From: Eledone cirrhosa
Lineage: Eukaryota
NCBI GenBank assembly: GCA_964016885.1
Contig: OZ024740.1
Location: 344,100,001 to 344,164,000, forward strand
DNA: 64,000 nt
Reading direction: 5' to 3'
The position numbers were made by a program, and so were the translations under genes. The notes under the pieces were generated by a model. The model was not told the DNA's origin and searched no databases. It was given only the letters and a program-made list of their open reading frames with translations. Below are positions 1-15,508 of this stretch, one piece after another (position 1 is the first letter of the stretch; each line of letters opens with the position of its first letter).

Positions 1-183
1 ATTCATAAAATGCTGAAACCGGTAATAGAAAATTATTAAATATATAAATAATTAAATAAATAAATAAATAAATAAATGCCATTGTTAATTAATAAATAAA
101 TTAACTAATACTTTAACACTTCACACAAAGTAAAATATTTTGCTTTAAACATTTTCTGACCCAGAAAAAAGAGAAAAGAATAA

Positions 184-259
<76 letters not shown>

Positions 260-438
260 TTATTCTTTTCTCTTTTTTCTGGGTCAGAAAATGTTTAAAG
301 CAAAATATTTTACTTTGTGTGAAGTGTTAAAGTATTAGTTAATTTATTTATTAATTAACAATGGCATTTATTTATTTATTTATTTGATTATTTATATATT
401 TAATAATTTTCTATTACCGGTTTCAGCATTTTATGAAT
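1..438. repeat. Inverted duplication (arms 1-188 and 255-438) centred on a (TA)n tract; PLE-type 3' ends tail-to-tail
   Basis: 255-438 is the near-exact reverse complement of 1-188. The arm includes a decayed HHR core (minus strand TTGATAA...GAAACCGGTA at ~414-444). The left arm is cut by the window edge. Confidence 0.9.
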
Positions 439-1440
439 TATCAAAGGGGGGAATTTGTATACCTCTTATTTCTCTATATATATAAAGTTATGAAACGAAA
501 GGAGCTGTGTGGTTACTGTGTGGTTACATAGATGCATGAGTATATAAATATAAACGTGCAAACACAGACACGCTTACAAAAATCAACATACACTCACGCA
601 GGCAGCAGGCGCAAAGAGTGAGGAGTAGTATGAGGCAGTCAAACTACTCCTCTCTCTTTACATGTTGTGACAGAATCGCAGAAATTTATATAAAGATTTC
701 ATTAACGACACATGTCTTAAGTTTTACAGGGAAAAGTAAAACAAGATACTGTGACAGTTATTTAAGTTTCAAGTGTATGATAGGCTTAAGTAAACCGAAT
801 CGGTATCAAATGTTTAACATGAGCATAGTTCTTCTACATTGTCAATCCGGTGGTAAAATGCATAACCGTTTCACGACAGTGGTATATATAATTGAATGAA
901 TCGTACAAGTCTGTCATGGCTATGATGTTTTCTTTTATTGGTATCTCCTGATATATATAAAACATATAAACGAAGGAGTTGCAGCTTTCTCTCTTGACCT
1001 ATTAGAAATACACACCTAATCATATATATATATGGAAAGTATACATTGCGTTAAAGTACGGCAGTGCATACAATACTTGAATAAAGTAAGATGGTCACAA
1101 CTGAAATACATATAATTAAGGATGGTCTAGGATTAAACATCAAAAACAAAAGACATAAAATCTACTAAAATAAGCAAATTACATATTACATAATCTCTAG
1201 CAATCTTCCGATTCTGTCATTCTGTTATTCACGATATATTAAAATCTTTGGCAATTATCAATATATTGGAACGTATTTATAGAAAGCTGTTGTTGATACT
1301 GCGGAATTTTTCCTACCATATCCACAGAGTTCGCTATTTCATGCGTGAACTCATTTTTTATGACGTTAACGAGTGAATTCAGAGAGACTTAGCTTTTATT
1401 TCTAGTACAATCAGCTATCACGTTGGCTCGCATTAATTTT

Positions 1441-1980
1441 TACGTCATACAGTTACGGCCATTCGTGTTCTAAGTTCAAATACCGCCCAGGTTAGCTTTG
1501 CCTTTCATCCTTACGCGGTCGATAAAATAAAGTATCAGTAACGCACTGGGGTCGATTTAATCGACTTTCCTCTCCCCTAAAAGTGCTGGCCTTGTGCCTA
1601 AATCAGAAACCATTTGGATTGGCAGTATCGGTAGAGCGTCAGACACCATACTTTGCAGCATAGAGTTATGGCCCTTTAGGTTCGGAGTTCAAATCCCGCC
1701 GAGCTAAACTTTGCCTTTCATCCTTACTGTGTCGATAAAATAAGTATCAATAATGCACTGGGATAATTGTTGGCCTTGGGCCAAATATAGAAACAATTAT
1801 TTTTTGCAGCATAGAGTTATTGCGTTTTACATTCTAAGTTCAAATCCCGCCGAGGTTAGCTTTGTCTTTCCTCCTTACGGGGTCGATAAAATAAAGTACT
1901 AATAACGCCCTGGTGTTGATTTAATCGACTTTCCCCACCCCTTAAAATTGCCGGCCTTGTGCCTAAATCAGAACCCATTA
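1441..1980 (+). mobile_element. Three tandem copies of a tRNA-derived SINE (~1441-1611, 1616-1800, 1803-1980)
   Basis: A-box-like TGGCAGTATCGG, B-box GAGTTCAAATCC, shared core GCCTTTCATCCTTACGGGGTCGATAAAATAAAGTA and tail GGCCTTGTGCCTAAATCAGAAAC. Confidence 0.9.
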
Positions 1981-2450
1981 TTTTTTATATCTAATATCTA
2001 CAAATTAGACGTTCCAACGTAACCGGCGACATCTAATGTACAAAGTACTGTATATCTTGTCTCCCCCGCAAATATACCAACACTATCTGTGTTCTTTGGA
2101 ATTGAATGAAACTACATTTCACAGTGCTTTCCGGTCGAACGCTCTAACAATCTTCTACACCTTCATAGAGACTGGCGTCGAAGATTCTTTTTATCTTATT
2201 CTATTTGTGTATTTATATGTTTATGTATTTAGTTGTTTGTTTTTCTTTAAACTCAGCCACAAGACTAGTAGCATCGCAGTATTTTATATATCCACACAAC
2301 GAACCCAGTAATATTTTATTAACTTTTATTAAGTTACGATACCTTCACAAACACAAGCACACACTTGCGTACATATACACACACACATAAACGTACGCAC
2401 ACACACATACAGATAGATGTATATACATTCACTCGTCTCTCTTTCACTCT

Positions 2451-2500
<50 letters not shown>

Positions 2501-2501
<1 letters not shown>

Positions 2502-2678
2502 AAAAAGACGGTTTGGTAAGATACCAGTTGGACCATAACGCACCAGAGTACTCAATACTTAGGGTAGTAGAGTAGGTAATTGGAAAAGGGTCAGACTCCC
2601 GACGGCTCAGGTCTGGCCGTTTCGAGAGCTAGATCTGAACTAAGCTACCAGGTCGACTAGTTCAGATCTAGAATCTTT

Positions 2679-2681
<3 letters not shown>
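2501..2681 (-). mobile_element. Short (TA)n-embedded repeat, family B (PLE-type 3' end with HHR 3' half)
   Basis: Shares GGACCATAACGCACCAGAGTACTCAATACTTAGGGTAGTAGAGT with the copies at 13942, 18441 and 52107. Hairpin 2629-2671; (TA)n on both sides. Confidence 0.8.
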
Positions 2682-2727
<46 letters not shown>

Positions 2728-2925
2728 AATTTTAGTATAGCATTAACGAAGCTTTAGTTTGCGGCCTAGCTAACGAATGCAAATTCGGAATGTAGCTTTA
2801 GCACTCGAATGGGAATAGTACCCCAGAGTAATAACAATACGTTTAGACAGCTTAGCAAATCAAATATAGCGATCGGCAGTCCAGCCGCATTACCACAGCA
2901 ACGAGAATGGTTGGACTCAGGAAAA

Positions 2926-3063
<138 letters not shown>

Positions 3064-3280
3064 CGTGTGTGTCAATTGAAATGTTTTTTTAGAATCTACA
3101 CCAGCTTCTTGTTCTTTACACTTATCTCTACCCCTCTGTGCTCTCGTCTCCTCCTTTTCCTTTTGCATATCCCGTCGTCTCTGCCCCCCTTTATCTATCT
3201 ACCTGTCAATCTAAATTGCTTACTGGAATGAGTGAGTGATCGAAAGCGAGCGAAAGAGATGGATAGATGATATATATATA

Positions 3281-3965
<685 letters not shown>

Positions 3966-3970
3966 TAGAG

Positions 3971-4050
<80 letters not shown>

Positions 4051-5299
4051 AAATGTTGTGTGGGGTAGTGAAATATAACTGCTTATGAAAAGGAAAATAA
4101 ATGCTTATGTTCAATTCTACATTAATTGAGGAATTGTTTGCCTGCTCATGACACACTGACCATACAACGTTATGGCTTGAACTTGAGCCCGAGTAACACT
4201 ACGCCATTTTAATTTTCCCTAGAAATGAAGTTGACGTCTGTTTATCCTGTCTTTCTCTCGCAATTGTTTATGGATTCTTCACTGAACAGTTGTTATAAGA
4301 ACCGTGGGCAGGTGCAATACACATTTATGCTTATATCACTCATTGTGTGTTTTGTATGTAATGATTCATTCTCCTAATTGTCATGTACGTTTCTTAATTG
4401 AGGCATTTCACTTCATGTTTCACTCCTACTTTTCTGCAATTAATAAGGCTTGTTTTTGCTTTTGTTATTGTTGTGTAGCCTTAGATATGTGTTGGTCCAT
4501 CTTGACAAGAACTATGACCAAAGCAATGTTAACATGATCCACAATCTTTTATTAGGATACAGTGAATTTAAGAAGGTGTGGTATGAGAGAGCATTTGTTG
4601 CTCTTACTAGCAAATCATGTGACTAATAGTAGCTCACTTTTAAGACAATGAAGATAGCCAAACTAACATTTTAATGAGTATTGCAGAATGGCAGTTTTTT
4701 CCTGGATAAACCACAAGCACAAACACATCCACATTTGCTATTATATAATGCTGTATATCGTTTTTGTGAAAAATACATTACTGCCATACAAAGATTTCAG
4801 TTTGTGAATTATCAGTTCAAAAATCATTCAATAAGAACATAGTTGAACATATTAATTCAAATAAAAATCAAAATATCATTAGTGTAGTCAAAACATATAC
4901 CATTAGACATTCCCCAGAAATTTCCATTCTGTTACACATGGCATCCTCTCAGTCTGCTGAAATTTATACGCAGATATAAGATGCATTTGGCAGTGTTCCG
5001 CGGACTGAGTACGCGGATATAGCAGAAAACGGTTTTTCATAGTTTGGCAACTTTCCTGCATAAGGTTGTTTATTTTATTTTGGCTGATAACCTATATATT
5101 TATTAATAAAGATCAGTTAATTCTTTGATCTGTTTCTGGCGGAACCGGATCATCCCTGGTAGGTGTTCTAGGCCCCGAGAAATAGATGGTAAAATATCAT
5201 AATTTAGTAATATTCAACATTCTCATGCGGTTACTGATGTAGCTAGATTCATAGATTAAAATACAGACAGTGAGACATGAACTGATTATATATGCTTCA

Positions 5300-5895
5300 A
5301 TATAATCTTTATTCTGAACCACGCTCTGTTAGTGCTACTGATAATTGGATAATTGATATTAGCCTGTGAAACCCAGACTTTATGCAAATTGGGATCTCGA
5401 AAAATGTATTGTTTGCAAAATATATAAATAAATATTAGCTTGTCTACCTTATCACGTAACCGATGATGGAATAGCGATCTTGAAATAGAAGCATTTGTCG
5501 TCCTCATACATTTACTGAGCGAGCTGTGTTATGATCACAGCTTAAAATGCCACTAGCGAGACTTATGCATTTTTATTACGCATAAGCATTTTATATATGG
5601 TTCTATATACGCCTCTATCTGAATCGCGTTCTGTTAGCATTACTGATAATTAATATTAAACCGCGAGACCCGCCCTATATGTACATGTGCATCTCCAAAC
5701 ATATATTATTTACAATATATATATATATATATACGATAGCTCATCTCCCCCAGTCCAATGTGAATACAACTAAATAATGAAAGAGTAGCGATCTTGAAAT
5801 ATAATACGCCTCTATTCTGAAGCAGGCTGTATTAGAGATACTGTTTAATTAATAGGCATGGTATATCAGACTAAATGAGGAGAATCTCCAATTCA
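5300..5895. repeat. Old degenerate tandem repeat (three copies starting ~5308, ~5613, ~5810)
   Basis: Recurrent blocks tctgaa..ctgttag..tactgataatt and tagcgatcttgaaata. Confidence 0.55.
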
Positions 5896-5984
5896 TTATA
5901 ACACATACGCACACACGCACACGCACATGCACACACATATATAAATACGCAAGTTTATATTTACTAAAATATAGCATCAATTTC

Positions 5985-6088
5985 AGGTTGACTTTGCCTT
6001 TCATCCTTACGGGGTCGATAAAATAAAGTACCAGTAACGCACTGGGTAATTGATGGCCTTGTGCCTAAAGTAGAAACAATTATTATTA
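5985..6088 (+). mobile_element. 5'-truncated SINE (same family)
   Basis: Core GACTTTGCCTTTCATCCTTACGGGGTCGATAAAATAAAGTACCAG plus tail and (TTA)n. Confidence 0.85.
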
Positions 6089-7947
6089 CTTCGAAATACG
6101 CAGACTTTTAGAAAATCGAGCGTGTTGGTTAAGAGGGTTATATTGTTAGAATTAAAGTTTGTTTGTTTGATCTAAGCCTGTAGATAGTAATTTAGAGAGA
6201 TATCGAAGTTTTATATACCACCGTAAAGTAGCCTGATAGAAGCGAACAATTCAATGGGAAGTTACGAAAAACAGACATCCCAAACTAGTTTCCTAAATTG
6301 TAATTAAAAGAAAAAAAAATCCTCTTTAATACAAGATAGCAACGTATCGATGCCATGAACGAATAACTATAAAAATTACATCGTATACTAATTTCGCAAT
6401 TCGTAATCTAAATTTCTTGTTATCCGTTCAAAGTAGTTGAATTTAACTATTCAAATTTCTCGTTTATACTTGGTGACAGAAATTACATTTCGCTTTTCCT
6501 TCAATTCAGTAAATGGTTATTGAACTTCAGTTCACTGATGTGGAGTAGAATAACCTTCATCTCAGCGACAATAGTATCCTTTTATCTGTTCAAATTTCTC
6601 ATTTACTTCGGGAGCTAAAAGAATTATAGATCTGTAAGGAAAGATTTCTGATTACTTCTTTAAAAACTGTCACAGAATTCAATCTATTGAAGTTATCTAC
6701 AGTCTTCATATCAAATAGCTATTACCTAGAACTCGTCCTACTCCAGCTCGCAAAATTAGTCTTTTGTGATTGATCGCATAACTTTCTTTCAGAAAGTCAT
6801 CTCTTGACACCTTCGGAAGGTATCATCAAAGGTGGATTACAATGTTCGTGTATGAGTAAGTATACGTGGTATATATGTGTGAGTGTTGCATTATTCACGT
6901 GCAGTTATATACACCGAGCTACTCAAATCAAAATCAGTTATCCTCACGAACTCTATAAGATTCAAGGAACGCTTATACGTCCTTCTACATTACTACTATC
7001 ATCAAGACTTAAAGCAATTTACATTCTTGAGGATTTTTTCAATTCTTAACACATACGAACTTTATCTCACTAGACATCGATGCAATTCCATCAACATATC
7101 GAATAAAGTTCGTATCCCCCATCAAGACATTTTCTAATTTCTTTTGTATATATATCTGAACAGAAAATCAAAGCTGACCAAAGAAAGAATTCCCCTGGAA
7201 GCAGACTGAATAGAATTTAGGGATTTAATTTCACCACATCAATAATAACGATTTCCTTAGTATTTTCATATTTATCTCCATAGAAAGGATATCATAATTA
7301 TCACGTCAGTTAGAATAATGATTATTGTGGCCCATTCGTATTCATTGATGCACAAGACCATTTACCTTCTATTACAGATTTGCTTTTAGTGAAAGTCGCT
7401 CTCCAGATGTTGTTTCATAAGAATGGTTTATAGTGTCTTCTGGAGAGTAAATTAAAATTATATTTCATCGCTTTCTCTTTTATTCATATGAAATCTCAGG
7501 ACTTTAGGACAAGAAAAAAGGAATTATGTCGTTTTGAAATTAATACGTGTATGAATTTAACAGTAAGGGAAAATATATACCTACTTCATGAGAAATAATT
7601 ATGTAATTTAACTGTATATTGTCTATGTATGCATGTAGATATGCATGTAATATTTGTATTACATGATATGTTTCATGATCAAATAAAGTTTAGCGAGACA
7701 TCCTATCCCCCCCCCCCCCACATCTCTCTCTTTATATATATATATATATATATCTGTGTGTGTGGGTGGGTGGGGGGGCGTATGTATGTGTGTGTGCGTG
7801 TGCCTATGTGTATGTATATATACAAATTATTCAACATATTTGCAAACACACAATTGAAATAGAAAAATTCAGACACACGTATATATATATATATATGAGA
7901 TGCATAAATAAACAGATTTATATATATATATATATACACACACACGT

Positions 7948-7987
<40 letters not shown>

Positions 7988-8205
7988 GTATATATATGTA
8001 TATATGTATATATGTATTCATATATACATATGTTTATGTACACATATATATACTTATATATATATATATAAGTATATATATATATATATATAATATATAT
8101 ATAATATATATTTCTTTAGGTTTGTTGGTTCACCACTGGATAGATCTGGTCATTCCGTATGGTCAATCCTGGTGTAATATTGTAAAGAGTACTCAACGCA
8201 GTGCA

Positions 8206-8263
8206 ATACCTGATGATATCACCGGATTCATATGGAACCCGGTCAATGAAATGATCATAGTAT
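8206..8263 (+). ncRNA. Minimal type I hammerhead ribozyme motif in a ~200-bp (TA)n-embedded insert (8110-8310)
   Basis: atac-CTGATGA-..accgg/ccggt..-GAAA-tgatca-TA-gtat. Stem I atac/gtat, palindromic stem III ATGATCAT, AUA site. Confidence 0.7.
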
Positions 8264-8337
8264 AATAAACCTTTCAAGGATTTACACCAGTCCAGCCTCA
8301 TGTTATTTCATTTATATATAATATATATATATATATA

Positions 8338-8423
<86 letters not shown>

Positions 8424-8477
8424 CGTATATATATATACGTATATACTGACGTTTGTGAGACACAACTTTGTATATAC

Positions 8478-8522
<45 letters not shown>

Positions 8523-9015
8523 CATGTATGTGTATCTTCCAGTACACATAACCACGAATGTGAATATATCAGCATGAATACAGGCGCAGACGAATGTATA
8601 GACGTTGCGTATCTTCTATAATTTATGCGTTAGATTGATTTACAGTTTGAAAAAGCCTTGGAGATTTTCTAAGACTCTGTTTAAATAGTTCATTTCATTC
8701 ATTTAGTTTCTTTGCTGAAAGCTGAGCATTTAGGAATCGATGTTTATATCTCTATGTCTGTAATTACCGGTTGTTTGCTAATCTATGAATTTTTAAATCA
8801 CTTGAAGAGCATATGGGATTTAAGAGAAGCACCAAACAGCGAACTTTTATTGCCTTAAGACGGCAGAGACAGAAATCTCGGGCGTATCACGTAATTCGTT
8901 AACGTGATATTTGGCGTAAGCTTACGGCAATATTGCTAATTTAATATTGGAGCTAAGATCTCATGGAATTATTCTAATTCTAATACAGACACATACACGC
9001 AGGTAAACACACACT

Positions 9016-9050
<35 letters not shown>

Positions 9051-9114
9051 TTAAATTTTATTTGCGTTTGTGTGTGAGTTTATGTGTGTTTATGTATATG
9101 CATATGCATGCATA

Positions 9115-9225
<111 letters not shown>

Positions 9226-9416
9226 TCCCAATATGCCTAAACGTATGTACATATACACGTATATGTATCCCTACTTTATTAAGATAAACATTCGTTTTCC
9301 TAATTTCACAATATATTCTTCAACTTTATTCATTGCCGCTTCCCCATGCACATATCTTCTCTTCCTCTCTCCCCTCTCTCCCCTCATTCTCTGTATATAT
9401 ATATATATATACATAC

Positions 9417-9543
<127 letters not shown>

Positions 9544-10489
9544 TGTGTGTGTGTGTGCGTGTGTGTGTCTTTTGTTCACAAACATTATTTCGTGATAACC
9601 TTATAGGCTAATTGTCTTGACATTAGCTATTTGAAAATGTACCTTAAGATCTAGATAGTAGGCAATTATATAGAGGATATCTAAATACACTGATTTGTAA
9701 TATTCGTGAGAACACATTTTCCTCAGTTCTTACAAGCTATGTAAAATTAAAGGATTCTGTCGTACAATATCAACTTCTCTTAGATAAACAAATATGTATA
9801 TATAAGAAGAATAACTAACTGATGTGACCTTCAATTTTTTAAAAGTATCATCGTTGTTCAGATATTATAGACAGAACATTGATCAATTTTTTAGCACGTA
9901 AGACAGAATTCCTGAGTTTATTGGGTCAAGTACTCTGCGTTCTGTTTTATTCTATCGGGACTGGTAGAATAACATAACACTTACATGCTGTGGATTGGCG
10001 ATGATGTTGGGGATCCGACAAGTTGTTTGGTGGTATTTGTTCAGGCTTTCGGATCTCTAAGATGAATTCCCACTGTGGTTTATATGGGTGGTATTCTTTG
10101 ACGGTCACCCGGTATAACATCATAAACCGCTCGTTGGTTTTCTAGCTTTCATTTTGTTGCAAGCTTTCTGACCAGGTCTTCTCCTCCGTACCCGCCTAGG
10201 GGTAACTGACAAGAGATATGGGCACTGTTCCCCCCCTCTCCTATAATGAAAAAAAAACTAACTAAATGTGGGTAGAAAATTTGTGTTCAATCGTAACTAA
10301 ATGTATATCTTACTTCATGATTATTAACCAGATTATATATAATATACATTTGTTTATTCATTTATTTCTTTTCTGGTATTAGACATTCTACTAGGGACCT
10401 TTAGTGTGGCTCTCATTTTAACGATCCCTATATTACCGAAATCTTAGATAAAATTTGACGTAGAGGGACGTAAACAGATACATGTATAT

Positions 10490-10692
10490 AGACCTGTTTT
10501 TTTCTCTAAAATAATTTTGGACATTGCCCGTCTACTTAATTTTTTATTTCTTCTTTAATTTCTCATTCTGTTTTTTGCTGATGAAGGACAAGCGCCCGAA
10601 AATTTAAGCCTCTTTTCCTACTATATCAAATGTAAAACCAATAATATATTTCTTCATTGTACTGTGTCGTTTGCTTTGTTATTTCTGTTTGC
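10490..10692 (+). mobile_element. PLE 3' end, family D, with decayed HHR
   Basis: CTGATGAAGGACAAGCGCCCGAAA at 10578-10601. The tail resembles 43836-43942 and the reverse complement of 54432-54550; ends in (TA)n. Confidence 0.7.
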
Positions 10693-10694
10693 AT

Positions 10695-10750
<56 letters not shown>

Positions 10751-11428
10751 AGAGAGAGAGGGATAATGTGTGTATGTATACTTGTTTATGTGGACAAGAT
10801 GAGTGGTTGTGGAAGGAATAAATTTATGAGTAAAGAATGGTCGACAGCGCGAGGATATGCCGAGCTGGGTGTATTTAGGCATGAGAAAACTCGTGATGTG
10901 CCATATTTATTGTGCACGATTCATAAAACTATAATCTATAGAGATCGTTTACTTTTTATATTTCGTCTCTCTTTCATATTCTCACGATATGTATGTTTCA
11001 ATTCTTTACCTCAATTTCTCTCTTTTACCTTGCCTTGAAGCTTATATATTGATTGATATATAGTGAAATTAATACATTGGATATATTTCATATAATATAA
11101 TTAAGACAAGTAAATGAATAAAATACATAAAGCAAAATCATACTTACAAAATCAAAATATCATGGAAAATTTTAATATAACTATATATAAAAGTTGTAAT
11201 GCATATGAAGATGAACATACGTTTGGAGAAATGTTATGTGAAAAGTCTGAGATAAGTAATTACAAAGGAAATACATTTTTTTTAAAGTTTTCCTTAACGT
11301 CATATCACCTTCAAGACAGCATACGAGGTAGCTAGTTAATAATAACATGTAAAACAAAGACAGAAATAATGGTGAATGTTTTTGATGATCAGCAAAGATG
11401 GAGAGAGATAATGAGAGAGAGAGAGAGA

Positions 11429-11471
<43 letters not shown>

Positions 11472-12230
11472 GGGGTATAGAAGGTGAGAAAGAAAGACAG
11501 GCATTTTTATATCATAACGGTAATTTAGGGATTGCTAAAACATGTAATGGACGGGAATGGTATCGACATTAATATAATCAACATAACCTTTTGAAGGCGT
11601 ACTGCTGTCCTCCAATAACCGAATCCATTAATTTTAGGGGAACAGTATAAGACAAGTAAAAGAGCCAGGTAAGACACCATCAGTTTGTATTCTGACTGTG
11701 ATTGTGATTGTTAGGCTTCAATCAAGATACCATATTTCTCATGGATGCTGTAGCATGTAATCATTGTAGAATGACCTTCTAGCTAACAGTTTCTATTGTT
11801 GCCTTACTTAAAAGAAGCGTACCAAGTATCTTAATAAAGTGAACTAGATGTCTTTACAATTGGATGTAGTTGAAATATTTAAACGTGTGTTTATGCAGTT
11901 TATAAATAGTTTGGAAAACAAAAAATTGATTTAGAATAGATGTTTAACAAATAACGTCGAATACCTAAAACATCAACATAATAAGAGAAATTAGCGTACT
12001 TTCCTAAGGCTCTTATCTGATAGTCTGGTTTCCTTCTGTATAAGAGACACTGTCAACGATATTTTAGCATAAAGAGTCACTATCTACTAAGCTATTAGAA
12101 ACGATGTTTGTATATTAATAAGAATGTATACGAGATCGATTTAAATGATAACAAAAATTAGATCGAAATTTATCTATAAATATTTACCATGAATAAATAT
12201 ACACTCATTGTATTTTTCTTGTTTAAAAAC

Positions 12231-12382
<152 letters not shown>

Positions 12383-12933
12383 ATATATATATATATCCAT
12401 ATATATATATATATAATTGCATTATATATGTGCATACATACAGTCAATCATACACATTATATCAAGAAATGCCGCCAAGGGATTTGTGTAAATATGACAT
12501 CCTCACCCCTGCCCTCCACTATCACACATTTTACATTGCTTTGCTTACTTACATACGTACTGGCTTAAGTGTTAAGTTTAACGGCGGTAGAACATGAGCG
12601 TGGTTTTTGAGATCTTCCTACGAGACAAACATTCCCGCTAGCAGAATAAACTGTTTCGAGATGTTGATTTGTGCAGCTGACACCGCCGTTAGCACCTTGC
12701 TTAGCGTTTTGTCTCCGGGCTATCCAGTACATGTTTATGTATTCTAAACACCCCTGTTTCCATGTCTTCAACACTACATAACTTCTACTTTTCTTCGTCT
12801 GTTTGTCCTTCCTACCCGGTTTGTCTCATTTTTTCCCTCTACGTCCCCTTTAACTTCTCTAACTTTATTCTAAACATATGCAAAAATATCAAAAGTATCA
12901 CACGACTCCACTTACAAACACATATGAACACAG

Positions 12934-12965
<32 letters not shown>

Positions 12966-13001
12966 GCATGCACACACCCTCACACACATGCACTCTCTCT
13001 C

Positions 13002-13054
<53 letters not shown>

Positions 13055-13334
13055 TGTGTAAGTGCATATTTATATGCAAAAGTATTCATTTTTATATATA
13101 TTTAAACATGATCAAACACAAGCATACACGGACACACGCACTTACAAATATACATAACTACTATGTGTATGTATGTATGTATGTATGTATGTATGTATGT
13201 ATGTATGTATGTATGTATGTATGTATGTATGTATGTGTGCGTGTATGTATGTAGGTATGTAGGTATGTATGCATGCATGTGTGTATGTATGTATGTATCT
13301 ATGTATGTATGCATGTACGTGTGAATGTATGTGT

Positions 13335-13453
<119 letters not shown>

Positions 13454-13511
13454 GTGAGAACGAGAGAGAGAGAGAAAGAGTGAGAGAACGAGTGAGAGAG
13501 AAATAAAAGTG

Positions 13512-13555
<44 letters not shown>

Positions 13556-13941
13556 GATTTATAGAAAGTTTTTCACTTACATTCTGACACCCATACACAG
13601 AAACCACACAAACTAATACACACGTACATACAAACAGACACACACATACATAAATATAAACTGTTTACTGGTAACTAGATAAGGTTCTTGACAGCTAAAC
13701 TCAGTAAGCTATGGAGGTGGCAAGGTGTAGGTTACTGTTGTCTAGAGTAGCGGTACTGTTGATGATGTGATGATATTGATGTTGTTATTGCGGTGCAGAT
13801 ACAGTCAGACAGCTCGACTGGAGCACACCTATGGCATAGTGATAAATGATCGACATTTTTGCAGAAGAATACAACCTACGTCTCGAATATTATATGTATG
13901 TATGTATGTATGTTGTATAGATATATATATGTATATATATA

Positions 13942-14139
13942 TAACGAAGGAAATGTGGTAAGGAACCAGATGGACCCTAACGCACCAAAGTACTCAATAC
14001 TTAGGGTAGTAGAGTGGGTAATAGGAACAAGTATGACCCCGACGGCAGAGCTCATGCCGTTTCGACGGCTAATTCTGGACATTAGAATTAGCTGTCGAAA
14101 CGGCTTGGGGTCTGCCGTCGGGGTCATACTTGTTCCTAT
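13942..14139 (-). mobile_element. Family B copy with fold-back hairpin 14021-14139
   Basis: ~56-bp arms around loop GGACATT (14077-14083); (TA)n on both sides. Confidence 0.85.
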
Positions 14140-14159
14140 ATATATATATATATATGTAC

Positions 14160-14306
14160 GTCAATACTCATCTTTTTCCATTTCTCCGAGGGTTCTTAAC
14201 CCCACTATCAGACTAAATAATTTTCTTTAATTTCTTTAGTCAAAATACGGCGATAGCTTACATTTATAATTTCAAACCCACTCGCTGTTTCGAAAATGTG
14301 CTTGCT

Positions 14307-14310
<4 letters not shown>
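14160..14310. mobile_element. Short (TA)n-embedded repeat, family F (second copy 19572-19740)
   Basis: Both copies share ACTCATCTTTTTCCATTTCTCCGAGGGTT..CCCCACTATCAG and lie between (TA)n tracts. Confidence 0.7.
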
Positions 14311-14355
<45 letters not shown>

Positions 14356-14489
14356 GTATTTTCTTCGGGGTTATAAGTGGCTTAGCTCTGTTTCTCGACC
14401 GTTATATCGCGTGACTATCTCCCCCTCCGCCTTTTGGGATTCTTTCTCACGTCGTGTAGACGCGTTCTTGAGACTAGTAAAATGAGGTA

Positions 14490-14579
14490 TCCTCTTGATA
14501 AGTCGGCAGACCTCGCAGGGACTCTATATCTTTATGAAGTATTGTTTTTGTTTATGCCACGAAACTACGTAGTCGAGGA
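14490..14579 (+). ncRNA. Type I hammerhead ribozyme motif, U3-A8 core variant
   Basis: tcctc-TTGATAA-gtcggc...gccac-GAAAC-tacgta-GTC-gagga. 5-bp stem I, palindromic stem III, GUC site. Confidence 0.75.
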
Positions 14580-14679
14580 ATCTAGGAGCAGTTTAGGTAT
14601 GATACATTTTATTACTAATTATATCTAAATGTTTCTTCTCTCTTCATAATATATATATATATATATATATTGTAGATGT

Positions 14680-14779
<100 letters not shown>

Positions 14780-14799
14780 CACACACCCATGCCAGTTTA

Positions 14800-15463
14800 A
14801 TACCGTGCCACACACTATCTTAATCATCTATAGTTAGAATGAATTCCTAAAACTGAATATACTCATACAGATTTAGTAGTGTGATGACAATAATCAATTA
14901 GGGTTATATATAAAATTAATACAACTAATATCAACCAAGTAAGAAATCAAATCAATTAAAAAAATAATATATAAAGAATATTGATACCCAAACAAATGCT
15001 GGTTTCACCTATGCCAAACTGTTAGTGTGAGTTACGTAAATAAGTGTATATTGCAAGCGTCAGTTGTATAACAACCCGGAATTGGCTTTCGGATCTTCAG
15101 TTAGTTTGTTCGGTAAACAACATAAGGAAAAATAAATAAACTATTTTTCATATATGCTAGCAGTTGTTAGCTCTGTCTTCGTGTGTCTCTCAGCGGCTTG
15201 AAATTAAGTTGTTGTACTCGGCTGTGTTGTCTAAAAAAGGCGGCGTCTTAACGGAGAAATTCACACACGCTTTTTAATAAGCACTCCACTAGAATTATTA
15301 CTAGGAGTAAAATACTTTTAGATTTACGAAATCACACTACCACAAGATGCGTTGTGTACATATGGCTGTACAATACCGTGCCACACACTATCTTACTGAA
15401 CGATAATTGGAATGAAGTCCGGAAACACAGTTTTCTCATACAAATTTGGCCTGGTTCATCACA

Positions 15464-15465
<2 letters not shown>
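14800..15465. mobile_element. (TA)n-embedded insert with diverged terminal direct repeat (~14800 and ~15372), pLTR-like partial tandem
   Basis: ATACCGTGCCACACACTATCTTA..GAATGAA..CTCATACA occurs at both ends. Confidence 0.55.

Positions 15466-15502
<37 letters not shown>

Positions 15503-15508
<6 letters not shown>

Noticed and set aside
1616-1705. tRNA gene
   Set aside because: The A and B boxes belong to SINE heads; no cloverleaf.
14001-14006. TTAGGG as a telomere relic in family B
   Set aside because: A single hexamer within the element consensus, not an array.
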